DNA from: Balanoglossus misakiensis
Taxonomy: Eukaryota; Animalia; Hemichordata
NCBI GenBank assembly: GCA_040954595.2
Contig: CM082576.2
Coordinates: forward strand, 19,143,028-19,207,027
Length of the DNA: 64,000 nucleotides
Direction of reading: 5' to 3'
In this document: positions 1 through 13,187 of the stretch, one piece after another
Layout of the letters: each line of letters starts with the position of its first letter
Position numbering within the stretch: position 1 is the stretch's first letter
Position numbers and translations under genes: made by a program
The notes under the pieces: model-generated
Seen by the model: only the letters and a program-made list of their open reading frames with translations
Database searches by the model: none
Told to the model about the DNA's origin: nothing

Positions 1-3000
1 ATCATCACAAAATGACAAATTTGAAAAAAAAACGGGTGAAAATCATCAAAAAATGACAAATTTTCGTCTTTGCAAAATCTCAAAATTTCGTCCATTTTAA
101 AAAAAAAAACGGGGGAAAATCATCAAAAAATGACAAATTTTCGACTTTGCAAAATCTCAAAATTTCGTCAATTTTTGAAAAAATCATTGGTGAAAATCAT
201 CAAAAAAATGACAAATTTTCGTCTTTGCATCTCAAAATTTCGTCGGTTTTTAAAAAATAATATGGGTGAAAATCATCAAAAAATGACAAATTTTTGACTG
301 CAAAATTTCAACATTTAGTCGATTTTTGAAAAAAATCATGGGTGAAAATCATCAAAAAATGACAAATTTTCGACTTTGCAAAATCTCAAAATTTCGTCGG
401 TTTTGAAAAAAATCATGGGTTCGTCGATTTTTTTAAATAAAAACATGGGTGAAAGTCATCAAAAAATGACAAATGTTCGACTTTGCAAAATCTAAAAATT
501 TTGTCGATTTTTGAAAAAAAATCATGGGTGAAAATCATCAAAAAATGACAAATTTTCGACTTTGTAAAATCTAACAATTTCGTCGATTTTGAAAAAAATC
601 ATAGGTTCGTCGATTTTTTAAAAAAAACATGGGTGAAAATCATCAAAAAATGACAAATTTTCCTCTTTGCAAAATCTCAAAATTTCGTCGATTTTTTGAA
701 AAATTTTCAACTTTGCAAAATCTCAAAATTTCGTTGATTTTTGAAAAAAATCATGGGGGAAAATCATCAAAAATGACAAATTTACGACTACAAAATCTCA
801 AAATTTCGTCGATTTGTGAAAAAAATCATGGGTGAAAATCATCAAAAAATGACAAATTTTCGACTGCAAAATCTCAAAATTTCGTCGATTTTTGAAATAA
901 ATCATTGTTGAAAATTATCAAAAAATGACAAATTTTCCTCTTTGCAAAATCTATAAATTTCGTCGATTTTTGAAAAATTTTCAACTTTGCAAAATCTCAA
1001 AATTTCGTCGATTTTTGAAAAAAATCATGGGGGAAAATCATCAAAAATGACAAATTTTTGACTGAAAAATCTCAAATTTTCGTCGATTTTTTAAAAAAAT
1101 TGTTGAAAATCATCAAAAAATGACAAATTTTTGACTTTGCAAAATCTCAAAATTTCGTCAATTTTGAAAAAAATCATGGGTGAAAATCATCAAAAAATGA
1201 CAAATTTTCGACTTTGCAAAATCTGAAAATTTCGTCGATTTTTGAGAAAAATCATGGGTGAAAATCATCAAAAAATGACAAATTTTCGACTTTGCAAAAT
1301 CTGAAAATTTCGTCGATTTTTGAAGAAAATCAAGGGTGAAAATCATCAAAAAATGACAAATTTTCGACTTTGCAAAATCTCAAAATTTCGTCGATTTTTG
1401 AAAAAAATAATGGGGAAAATGATCAAAAAATGACAAATTTTCGACTGCAAAATTTCAAAATTTCGTCAATTTTGAAAAAATCATGGGTGAAAATCATCAA
1501 AAAATGACAAATTTTCGACTGCAAAATCTCAAAATTTCGTCGATTTTTGAAAAAAATCATGGGGGAAAATGATCAAAAAATGACAAATTTTCGACTGCAA
1601 AATCTCAAAATTTCGTCAATTTTGAAAAAAATCATGGGTGAAAATCATGAAAAAATGACAATTTTTTTACTGCAAAATCTCAAAATTTCATCGATTTTTG
1701 AAAAAAATCATGGGTGAAAATCATCAAAAAATGACAAATTTTCGACTTTGCAAAATCTCAAAATTTCGTCGATTTTTTAAGAAAATCAAGGGTGAAAATC
1801 ATCAAAAAATGACAAATTTTCGACTTTGCAAAATCAAAAAATTTCGTCGATTTTTGAAGAAAATCATGGGTGAAAATCATCAAAAAATGACAAATTTTCG
1901 ACTGCAAAATCTCAAAATTTCGTCGATTTTTGAAAAAAAAACGGGTGAAAATCATCAAAAAATGACAAATTTTCGACTGCAAAAACTCAAAATTTCGTCA
2001 ATTTTGAAAAAAATCATGGGTGAAAATCATCAAAAAATGACAAATTTTCCTCTTTGCAAAATCTATAAATTTCGTCGATTTTTGAAAAATTTTCAACTTT
2101 GCAAAATCTCAAAATTTCGTCGATTTTAGAAAAAAATCATGGGGGAAAATCATCAAAAAATGACAAATTTTCGACTGCAAAATCTCAAAATTTCGTCGAT
2201 TTTTGAAATAAATCATTGTTGAAAATTATCAAAAAATGACAAATTTTCCTCTTTGCAAAATCTCAAAATTTCGTCGATTTTTGAAAAAAGACATGGGTGA
2301 AAATCATCAAAAAATGACAAATTTTCGACTTTGCAAAATCTCAAAATTTCGTCGATTTTTGAAAAAATCATGGGTGAAAATCATGAAAAAATGACAAATT
2401 TTCGACTTTGCAAAATCTGAAAATTTCGTCGATTTTTGAAAAAAATCATGGGGGAAAATGATCAAAAAATGACAAATTTTCGACTGCAAAATCTCAAAAT
2501 TTCGTCAATTTTGAAAAAATTCATGGTCGAAAATCATCAAAAAATGACAAATTTTCGACTTTGCAAAATCTGAAAATTTCGTCGATTTTTGAAGAAAATC
2601 AAGGGTGAAAATCATCAAAAAATGACAAATTTTCGACTTTGCAAAATCTCAAAATTTCGTCGATTTTTGAAAAAAATAATGGGGAAAATGATCAAAAAAT
2701 GACAAATTTTCGACTGCAAAATTTCAAAATTTCGTCAATTTTGAAAAAATCATGGGTGAAAATCATCAAAAAATGACAAATTTTCGACTGCAAAATCTCA
2801 AAATTTCGTCGATTTTTGAAAAAAATCATGGGGGAAAATGATCAAAAAATGACAAATTTTCGACTGCAAAATCTCAAAATTTCGTCAATTTTGAAAAAAA
2901 TCATGGGTGAAAATCATGAAAAAATGACAATTTTTTTACTGCAAAATCTCAAAATTTCATCGATTTTTGAAAAAAATCATGGGTGAAAATCATCAAAAAA

Positions 3001-4840
3001 TGACAAATTTTCGACTTTGCAAAATCTCAAAATTTCGTCGATTTTTTAAGAAAATCAAGGGTGAAAATCATCAAAAAATGACAAATTTTCGACTTTGCAA
3101 AATCAAAAAATTTCGTCGATTTTTGAAAAAAATAATGGGGAAAATGATCAAAAAATGACAAATTTTCGACTGCAAAATTTCAAAATTTCGTCAATTTTGA
3201 AAAAATCATGGGTGAAAATCATCAAAAAATGACAAATTTTCGACTGCAAAATCTCAAAATTTCGTCGATTTTTGAAAAAAAAACGGGTGAAAATCATCAA
3301 AAAATGACAAATTTTCGACTGCAAAAACTCAAAATTTCGTCAATTTTGAAAAAAATCATGGGTGAAAATCATCAAAAAATGACAAATTTTCCTCTTTGCA
3401 AAATCTATAAATTTCGTCGATTTTTGAAAAATTTTCAACTTTGCAAAATCTCAAAATTTCGTCGATTTTTGAAAAAAATCATTGTTGAAAATCATCAAAA
3501 AATGACAAATTTTCCTCTTTGCAAAATCTCAAAATTTCGTCGATTTTTGAAAAAAGACATGGGTGAAAATCATCAAAAAATGACAAATTTTCGACTTTGC
3601 AAAATCTCAAAATTTCGTCGATTTTTGAAAAAATCATGGGTGAAAATCATGAAAAAATGACAAATTTTCGACTTTGCAAAATCTGAAAATTTCGTCGATT
3701 TTTGAAAAAAATCATGGGGGAAAATGATCAAAAAATGACAAATTTTCGACTGCAAAATCTCAAAATTTCGTCAATTTTGAAAAAATTCATGGTCGAAAAT
3801 CATCAAATAATGACAATTTTTTTACTGCAAAATCTCAAAATTTCATCGATTTTTGAAAAAAATCATGGGTGAAAATCATCAAAAAATGACAAATTTTCGA
3901 CTTTGCAAAATCTGAAAATTTCGTCGATTTTTGAGAAAAATCATGGGTGAAAATCATCAAAAAATGACAAATTTTCGACTTTGCAAAATCTGAAAATTTC
4001 GTCGATTTTTGAAGAAAATCAAGGGTGAAAATCATCAAAAAATGACAAATTTTCGACTTTGCAAAATCTCAAAATTTCGTCGATTTTTGAAAAAAATAAT
4101 GGGGAAAATGATCAAAAAATGACAAATTTTCGACTGCAAAATTTCAAAATTTCGTCAATTTTGAAAAAATCATGGGTGAAAATCATCAAAAAATGACAAA
4201 TTTTCGACTGCAAAATCTCAAAATTTCGTCGATTTTTGAAAAAAAAACGGGTGAAAATCATCAAAAAATGACAAATTTTCGACTGCAAAAACTCAAAATT
4301 TCGTCAATTTTGAAAAAAATCATGGGTGAAAATCATCAAAAAATGACAAATTTTCCTCTTTGCAAAATCTATAAATTTCGTCGATTTTTGAAAAATTTTC
4401 AACTTTGCAAAATCTCAAAATTTCGTCGATTTTAGAAAAAAATCATGGGGGAAAATCATCAAAAAATGACAAATTTTCGACTGCAAAATCTCAAAATTTC
4501 GTCGATTTTTGAAATAAATCATTGTTGAAAATTATCAAAAAATGACAAATTTTCCTCTTTGCAAAATCTCAAAATTTCGTCGATTTTTTGAAAAAAGACG
4601 GGTGAAAATCATCTAAAAATGACAAATTTTCGACTTTGCAAAATCTCAAAATTTCGTTGATTTTTGAAAAAAATCATGGGGGAAAATCATCAAAAAATGA
4701 CAAATTTACGACTACAAAATCTCAAAATTTCGTCGATTTGTGAAAAAAAATCATGGGTGAAAATCATCAAAAAATGACAAATTTTCGACTTTGCAAAATC
4801 TCAAAATTTTGCCAATTTTGAAAAAATCATGGGTGAAAAT
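1..4840. repeat. ~78-bp AT-rich satellite, left part (runs off window start)
   Basis: Tandem monomer catgggtgaaaatcatcaaaaaatgacaaattttcgactttgcaaaatctcaaaatttcgtcgatttttgaaaaaaat (76-79 bp) with recurring variant monomers. Confidence 0.97.
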
Positions 4841-4887
4841 TATGAAAGCCCGTTAGGGACATTTCGTAAAGCAAAAAAAAATTTTTT

Positions 4888-5092
4888 ATCTCGTGAGCAC
4901 GAGATACTAAGTCGTGAGCACGAGATACTAAGTCGTGCGCACGAGATACTAAGTCGTGAGCACGAGATACTAAGTCGTGCGCACGAGATACTAAGTCGTG
5001 AGCACGAGATACTAAGTCGTGCGCACGAGATACTAAGTCGTGAGCACGAGATACTAAGTCGTGCGCACGAGATAATTATCTCGTGCTCACGA
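4888..5092. repeat. 21-bp tandem repeat in left TIR
   Basis: Unit tcgtg(a/c)gcacgagatactaag x~9, each with near-palindrome TCGTG(A/C)GCACGA. Confidence 0.95.
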
Positions 5093-5677
5093 AATAACAT
5101 CGCATCTTATTGCAATGAACCTAAGGAGTCAAAAGCTTAACTGATCAATGCGGGAGGTTACGTGGCCAGACAGTTTAATTATTATGTATGTCACATTCAA
5201 TGTCACCAGAAAGTCACTGCTAAATTTCAGACTAAGGGCTTTCCAGACCTGAGTCTCGAGCATTTAATCTCAATGTTTTGAAGAGCGGTTCTAAATTCTG
5301 CTTTGCTTTGAGTTAGGTATTGGCAACGTTGCCAAATTTAGAGTTGTAGATTGAAGTTAACTTTATCTGATACTCATAGTCTTATTGCCAATGCATCGAA
5401 TCTTTTCGGAGCAAGAAATAGCAGATTATCACTCGAAACATATGTATTCACGTCAGCGTTCCGGGCAATGTGTTTCACTCCACCATCAATGTTTAAGAAT
5501 AGCAAAATATACTAGACTTCCAGTGCTATATAATAACTGCTAACTGCATCATAGTACCCATTCCGATCATAAGACCCCCAAACGTTTTTTGCTTGATTTG
5601 TAATGTGTAATACTTTCCTGTATAAAATCACAGGAATAAACCTTATTTTTATTCTTCAATTTCACGTTTGCTTTGGT

Positions 5678-5785
5678 CAAATTATATTTGTGTTCTTCAA
5701 ATCTATATTTGTGTTCTTCAAATCTATATTCTTGTTCTTCAAATCCACGTTTGCTTTCGTCAAATTACATTCTTGTTCTTCGAAG
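5678..5785. repeat. Short degenerate 21-bp tandem repeat
   Basis: caaatctatatttgtgttctt-like unit x~5. Confidence 0.75.
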
Positions 5786-6724
5786 TTAACATGTTGCCCT
5801 CTGCAGAGGGCGCCGTCAATGACCTTTGGCTTTTCAGCAGCGTCTCAGTGAAATCGAATTACGGCAAATCTATTATTATTAATCATCTGTAGATCTCTTA
5901 ATCTGCTAAGCTCTTGTCTGTTCCACTGATCTGAATCTTGATGAACGGAATGCCGTCATATCATCGCAAATTTGAAAATGCTATTTTTGATAATCTTGAC
6001 TCAAAATGTCAAATAGTCAAATCAGCATGTTTTTATGTATTCGACTTCAATATTATTTGTCTGAATGTGATTTGTAAAAAAACTTTACCATATCAGTCCG
6101 TATATGTCAATCCAGACCGGCACAAATTAGCGACATCAACTGTCACACAATCAAAAGTACATAATGTAACGAGATTTCGACACACGTTGCCATAAATAGG
6201 AAGCTTTAGAGCAAATTCCGACCAGAGCCAGAATACTGTTTTCCGTGTTTGTGAAGTGGCCTCAGCAACGGAAAGACTGTTGTCATTCAAGGATAATATA
6301 CATCAATATTTAGCGGACATATCTTAACGAAATGACCCGCCAAAGTGGATGTAAAACACCAGTTCTTATAAAACTGTGACATTTTCACCCAACATACTAG
6401 GAAGGTTTGTGAAGTGTGGCCAGTAGAGTCGTCAAACTCATTTCTTTACGTGATAACTAAATGCCTGCAAATGACTTGCAAACCATCTTTTAAATGACCT
6501 GGGGTCAGTGACCACAAGTCGTGATTGTTTTCAATTGTGCATAACATGTAATTGTAGGAAATCCAGGTGTGATTAATCTTGATGAATTTTTCCCCCCAGA
6601 TTTATTGGAGATCTGAATGACATAATTTTCGAAGCTCTCTTTAAACGCTAAATCCATGTTTTTAGTGAGATATACATAAGTAGTCAATATCATAATGGCA
6701 ACACGCACAGTCGAGTAGGGCACA

Positions 6725-8582
6725 GATAAAAGAGATCGTAAGAAGTGTGCTATCAGAAGAAGAGGTATTGGAGTCGGAAAATGAAAGACCCGCGACTACA
6801 GAGCTCGTTACAGACACGAAGAGAAGCTAAAAAGAGGAAGAAAGCAAAACGTAAACGATAAGTAGCTAAGATATAAGGCTTCTTTGCCACCTATGAACTC
6901 AAATAACATACATTTGTTATCTCTGAACTGCCGGGGTTTAAGAGGTGATGAGAAAAGACGACAAATATTTCAGTGGTGTAGAGACCAAAAACCACATGTA
7001 TTATTGCTACAAGAAACTTACTGGGACGAACAAATTCAAGATTAAATTTGCAGAGAGTGAAAAGGGAAAATGTTCCATTCTTTTGGTACTAACCACAGTT
7101 AAGGGGTTACGATTTTTGCCGATGAAAAATTGGATCATGAGATAAAGTATTCAAAAAGGGAGACAATTACTTGTACCTTTAGATATCAATGGTGAAACAT
7201 TTACTATAGTTAATATTTACGCACCAAATCAACCCAAAGAAAGGGAGCTTTTCTTTATGTCTTTGAAATGTTAGATTCAAAAACATACGAATGGGGATGA
7301 TTACGTGTTCATTGGAGATGATTTCAACACCGTTTTAGATGCGTAGGTTGATTCATTTGGAACGAAGTGTCATTCTGTTAAATCTAAGAAACTGGACGGG
7401 ATTTTGAAATCTTTTAAATTATGTGATGTATGGCGAGAAATGAACCCTGCTAAACTACAGTTCATCTGGAGACAAGTTAACCGTGGAATTGCGAGTAGAC
7501 TTGACTTTTGGTTTATTCCCCATGACTTTCTTTCTAGTGTTAACTCTGCCGATATTCGGCCGATTATTAGAACAGACCATAATGTCATTTCCTAAAAGAT
7601 TAGCCTGAAAAAATATTGTAAAGGCCCGGGATATTGGAAGCTAAATACGAGTCTACTCAAGGATGATAACTATAGAATAATAATAAACAACGTCATAACA
7701 CAAGCCATAATAAATTATCAAAAACTCTATGATTATAGAAATGTATTAGATTTAATTAAAGTGAAAGTCAAAGAAGGAAGTATTAAATATGGAAGGGAAA
7801 AGGAAAAATATAAAAAAAGAGACAAGCAATAATTAAAGAACAGCTAAAAGAAATTGAAGATAAATTACTTAGAGATAACAGAGGAAAGGAAGACCTAATA
7901 AACATTTATGAAGACAAAAAGAGGGAACTAACTTAGCTATATGTAAATAAACTACGTGGAATTCAAATTAGATCCAGGGTGAAGTGATACGAAGAAGGAG
8001 AAAGAAACAGTCGTTATTTCCTGGGACTAGAAAAGAAAAGGGAGTTGATGGTTAATGATAAGTTTATTACTAAGACAGATGAGATATTAGCAGAAGAAAA
8101 GGCTTTTTATGAAGAACTTTATAAATCCAAAAGTGTTAATAACAGTAAAGTTAAAAAATACATAAATGACATTAAAATAGAGTCTAAGTTCAAAGCAAGT
8201 GAGGCATTAATGTGTGATGGTAAAGTTTCTGAGGAGGAATGTCTAAAAGCCATGCGCAGAATGAAAAGCAACAAAACACCAGGACCAGATGGCATTCCTA
8301 TAGAATTTTACAGAGTGCTTTGGAAAAATATAGGTAAGATAGTAGTAGACGCTTTTAATGAAGGTTATAATAAGGGTGCGCTAGCCAATTCTCAGTGTAA
8401 TGGTATCATAACGTTAATACATAAAAAGGAGTGTAGGCTTAATCTAAAAAATGGGAGGCCCATATCGCTGCGCAATCATGATTACAAAATATTATCAAGC
8501 GTGTTAGCTAATAGATTAAATCAGGTTATACCTAAGTTGATTAGTACTGACCAAGTGGGCTATATTAAAAGACGTTTTAGTG
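6725..8582 (+). mobile_element. Decayed L1/Tx1-clade LINE fragment (possible ORF1 tail, APE endonuclease, start of RT), 3'-truncated
   Basis: From ATG 6893: SLNCRGLR, LLQETY, VNIYAPN, GDDFN, DVWREMNP, SRLDFW, TDH, GPGYWKLNTSLL, EEGERNSRYF, KTPGPDGIPIEFY, RPISL..DYKIL, DQVGYIK. Several stops/frameshifts; ends before YADD. Confidence 0.92.
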
Positions 8583-9734
8583 GCTCATAGTATATTATTA
8601 GCACTGGCATTATTAACTAAAAAAGTATGAAGTTTCATACACTTTATTGCTGATGCTGGGTGATTTTCACTTTCATTATGAAAGGAAAGAAGCCATTCCT
8701 TTATATTTCAACATGGGTTTCAACTATTGTGAAATGTTGGCTTTGAAAGCAAATATCACGATTTTATTCTGAGCTTGTGAAATTTAAAGAGAATATTGTA
8801 CAAGAATGGATTGCACAGACGAAAACACCAGTCAGATGCCACCGACGTTATATCATACCTAAGCTATCAACCGGTCGGCTATACATAAATACAGATGGAT
8901 GAAATGTCTTCAACATGGTCCTGTAATTGTCCAAGAAAGCGCCCAGCTACTTCATCATATAGCTATCAATAAAATATGTCGTTAGCGACGTCGTAACCAG
9001 CATGTTCTTGACAAAAAATCCAAAGAAGTGACAATCCTACACTTCAAATTCTTTTGTCAGAATTAAAATAAGTTGTATTCCTGTGATTTGATACAGGAAT
9101 GTATTACACATTACAAATCAAGCAAAAATCGTTTGGGGGTCTTATGATCGGAAGCGGCACTGTGATGCAGTTAGCAGTTATTATATAGCACTGGAAGTCT
9201 AGTATATTTTGCTATTCTTAAACATTGACGGTGGAGTGAATCACATTGCCCGGAACGCTGACGTGAATACATATGTTTCGAGTGATAATCTGCTATTTCT
9301 TGCTCCAAAAAGATTCGATGCATTGGCAATAAGACTATGAGTATCAGATAAAGTTAACTTCAATCCACAACTCTAAATTTGGCGACGTAGCCAATACCCG
9401 TTTCAGTGTTTAATAAGTGTATAACTCAAAGCAAAGCAAAATTTAGAACTATTACCCGATCTTCAAAACATTGAGATTAAATGCTCGAGACTCAGATCTG
9501 GAAAGCCCTTAGTCTGAAATTTAGCAGTGACTTTCTGGTGACATTGAATGTGACATACATAATAATTAAACTGTCTGGCCTCCCGCCCTTATCAGTTAAG
9601 CTTTGACTCCTGAAATTTAGCAGTGACTTTCTGGTGACATTGAATGTGACATACATAATAATTAAACTGTCTGGCCTCCCGCCCTTATCAGTTAAGCTTT
9701 GACTCCTTAGGTTCATTGCAATAACATGCAAAAT

Positions 9735-9925
9735 TATTTCGTGAGCACGAGATAATTATTTCGTGAGCACGAGATAATTATCTCGTGAGCACGAGATAAT
9801 TATCTCGTGCGCACGACTTAGTATATCGTGCTCACGACTTAGTATCTCGTGCGCACGACTTAGTATCTCGTGCGCACGACTTAGTATCTCGTGCTCACGA
9901 CTTAGTATCTCGTGCTCACGAGATA
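9735..9925. repeat. 21-bp tandem repeat in right TIR (inverted copy)
   Basis: Reverse complement of the 4888-5092 array. Confidence 0.95.
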
Positions 9926-9971
9926 AAAAAAAAATTTTTGCTTTACGAAATGTCCCTTACGGGCTTTCATA

Positions 9972-12306
9972 GAAAATCATCAAAAAATGACAAATTTTTT
10001 ACTGCAAAATCTCAAATTTTCGTGGATTTTTTAAAAAAATTGTTGAAAATCGTCAAAAAATGACAAATTTTTGACTGCAAAATCTCAAAATTTCGTCGAT
10101 TTTTGAAAAAAAATCATTGTTGAAAATCATCAAAAAATGACAAATTTTCCTCTTTGCAAAATCTCAAAATTTCGTCGATTTTTGAAAAAAGACATGGGTG
10201 AAAATCATCAAAAAATGACAAATTTTCGACTTTGCAAAATCTCAAAATTTCGTCGATTTTTGAAAAAATCATGGGTGAAAATCATGAAAAAATGACAAAT
10301 TTTCGACTTTGCAAAATCTGAAAATTTCGTCGATTTTTGAAAAAAATCATGGGGGAAAATGATCAAAAAATGACAAATTTTCGACTGCAAAATCTCAAAA
10401 TTTCGTCAATTTTGAAAAAATTCATGGTCGAAAATCATCAAATAATGACAATTTTTTTACTGCAAAATCTCAAAATTTCATCGATTTTTGAAAAAAATCA
10501 TTGGTGAAAATCATCAAAAAATGACAAATTTTCGACTTTGCAAAATCTGAAAATTTCGTCGATTTTTGAGAAAAATCATGGGTGAAAATCATCAAAAAAT
10601 GACAAATTTTCGACTTTGCAAAATCTGAAAATTTCGTCGATTTTTGAAGAAAATCAAGGGTGAAAATCATCAAAAAATGACAAATTTTCGACTTTGCAAA
10701 ATCTCAAAATTTCGTCGATTTTTGAAAAAAAATAATGGGGAAAATGATCAAAAAATGACAAATTTTCGACTGCAAAATTTCAAAATTTCGTCAATTTTGA
10801 AAAAATCATGGGTGAAAATCATCAAAAAATGACAAATTTTCGACTGCAAAATCTCAAAATTTCGTCGATTTTTGAAAAAAATCATGGGGGAAAATGATCA
10901 AAAAATGACAAATTTTCGACTGCAAAATCTCAAAATTTCGTCAATTTTGAAAAAAATCATGGGTGAAAATCATGAAAAAATGACAATTTTTTTACTGCAA
11001 AATCTCAAAATTTCATCGATTTTTGAAAAAAATCATGGGTGAAAATCATCAAAAAATGACAAATTTTCGACTTTGCAAAATCTCAAAATTTCGTCGATTT
11101 TTTAAGAAAATCAAGGGTGAAAATCATCAAAAAATGACAAATTTTCGACTTTGCAAAATCAAAAAATTTCGTCGATTTTTGAAAAAAATAATGGGGAAAA
11201 TGATCAAAAAATGACAAATTTTCGACTGCAAAATTTCAAAATTTCGTCAATTTTGAAAAAATCATGGGTGAAAATCATCAAAAAATGACAAATTTTCGAC
11301 TGCAAAATCTCAAAATTTCGTCGATTTTTGAAAAAAAAACGGGTGAAAATCATCAAAAAATGACAAATTTTCGACTGCAAAAACTCAAAATTTCGTCAAT
11401 TTTGAAAAAAATCATGGGTGAAAATCATCAAAAAATGACAAATTTTCCTCTTTGCAAAATCTATAAATTTCGTCGATTTTTGAAAAATTTTCAACTTTGC
11501 AAAATCTCAAAATTTCGTCGATTTTTGAAAAAAATCATTGTTGAAAATCATCAAAAAATGACAAATTTTCCTCTTTGCAAAATCTCAAAATTTCGTCGAT
11601 TTTTGAAAAAAGACATGGGTGAAAATCATCAAAAAATGACAAATTTTCGACTTTGCAAAATCTCAAAATTTCGTCGATTTTTGAAAAAATCATGGGTGAA
11701 AATCATGAAAAAATGACAAATTTTCGACTTTGCAAAATCTGAAAATTTCGTCGATTTTTGAAAAAAATCATGGGGGAAAATGATCAAAAAATGACAAATT
11801 TTCGACTGCAAAATCTCAAAATTTCGTCAATTTTGAAAAAATTCATGGTCGAAAATCATCAAATAATGACAATTTTTTTACTGCAAAATCTCAAAATTTC
11901 GTCGATTTTTGAAGAAAATCATGGGTGAAAATCATCAAAAAATGACAAATTTTCGACTTTGCAAAATCTCAAAATTTCGTCGATTTTTGAAAAAAATCAT
12001 GGGGGAAAATCATCAAAAAATTACAAATTTTCGACTTCAAAATCTCAAAATTTCGTCAATTTTGAAAAAAATCATCGGTGAAAATCATCAAAAAATTACA
12101 AATTTTTTACTGCAAAATCTCAAATTTTCGTCGATTTTTTAAAAAAATTGTTGAAAATCATCAAAAAATGACAAATTTTCCTCTCTTGCAAAATCTCAAA
12201 ATTTCGTCGATTTTTGAAAAAAGACGGGTGAAAATCATCAAAAAATGACAAATTTTCGACTTTGCAAAATCTCAAAATTTCGTCGATTTTTGAAAAAAAT
12301 CATGGC
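9972..12306. repeat. ~78-bp satellite, right part
   Basis: Same monomer and variants as 1-4840; ends abruptly at ...aaaaaaatcatggcaggt. Confidence 0.97.
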
Positions 12307-12860
12307 AGGTGTCAAAGGTATCCCCCTGTATTTGGCATTTCATGATAGTTTCATCCCTCCAAATACCAAAGCTGCACCTGTACAACGGGATGAGATATGG
12401 CACTGTATGACAGAGGTCATCAAAATCACCTTATACATTTGGGCAAAAACCAACTGACACTTACATTCGTCCCTGTGGAACAAAAACCACACCTATCGCC
12501 CTGTTGGTTAGTGTCTAATTAAATGTACAAAATCAATGACTTAGGCAGGTGCAACAGGTGACCCCGCCTTTGGTATGTCATTATGGTCCCATCCGTATAT
12601 GCCCCCCCCCCCCAAGCCAAAGCTGCATGCATCTTCTGTAGATGCTCACTAAGCAAAAGTAGGTGAAAGGTCACATAAGGTCGCCCACAACTTGACGGGA
12701 AAATCGGACTTCATATTGATCCATGTGCAACAAATACCACGCTACCACCCCTTTCATTGACCCCACAATTACGCATGCACATAATTATTGAGTTACGCAG
12801 GTGTCACAGGTGACCCCCGAATCGGGTGTATTATTTTGGTCCCATACAGCTGCATGTAGC
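12305..12860. repeat. Degenerate ~245-bp tandem repeat (2-3 copies)
   Basis: gcaggtg..(a)aggt.acccc..., ggtcccat and ccaaagctgca motifs recur near 12305, 12545 and 12797. Confidence 0.6.
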
Positions 12861-13187
12861 TGCGTGCCGTTACGGGCGACCTGATAACCCACACGGCCAC
12901 CTGCGGGCCGACCCCCATACTGAACGTCCAGTTGCAACATCACGACTGAAGTAGGAACTTTTGAACGGCAACGAAGCCTGATCTCTGATTATTGCTGGTA
13001 CCATACTCCCTTCGTGCAAGAAAATCACTGGTCTGCTGACGTATTTCAGGCAATTTCCCAAACTACTATCCACTACATGTGACTACAATGCTAATGAAAC
13101 CTCCCACAACATTAGCGACTTAGAGTCAAAGCCCACTTCCAGTGTAGCCGGGTTTGCGTAGACACATTTGAATGGCAACAGCTAACA

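Larger units (their letters stand above)
4841..9971. mobile_element. Non-autonomous long-TIR DNA transposon, IS3EU-like
   Basis: Termini TATGAAAGCCCG...CGGGCTTTCATA; perfect 6-bp TSD GAAAAT (4835-4840, 9972-9977) restoring the satellite monomer; TIRs ~4841-5654 and ~9060-9971. TAY..RTA ends with a 6-bp TSD fit IS3EU. No transposase seen. Confidence 0.85.

Noticed and set aside
4829-5140. HEILSR-repeat ORF and CRISPR-like look of the palindromic 21-bp repeats
   Set aside because: Contiguous repeats without unique spacers, mirrored in the opposite TIR; no cas genes; eukaryotic context
5790-6720. Possible transposase remnant inside the IS3EU-like element
   Set aside because: The frames I translated gave no recognisable motif
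70-12457. Many K/F-rich ORFs (MGENHQKMTNFRLCK...)
   Set aside because: Read-through of the 78-bp satellite; frames shift at random with homopolymer length
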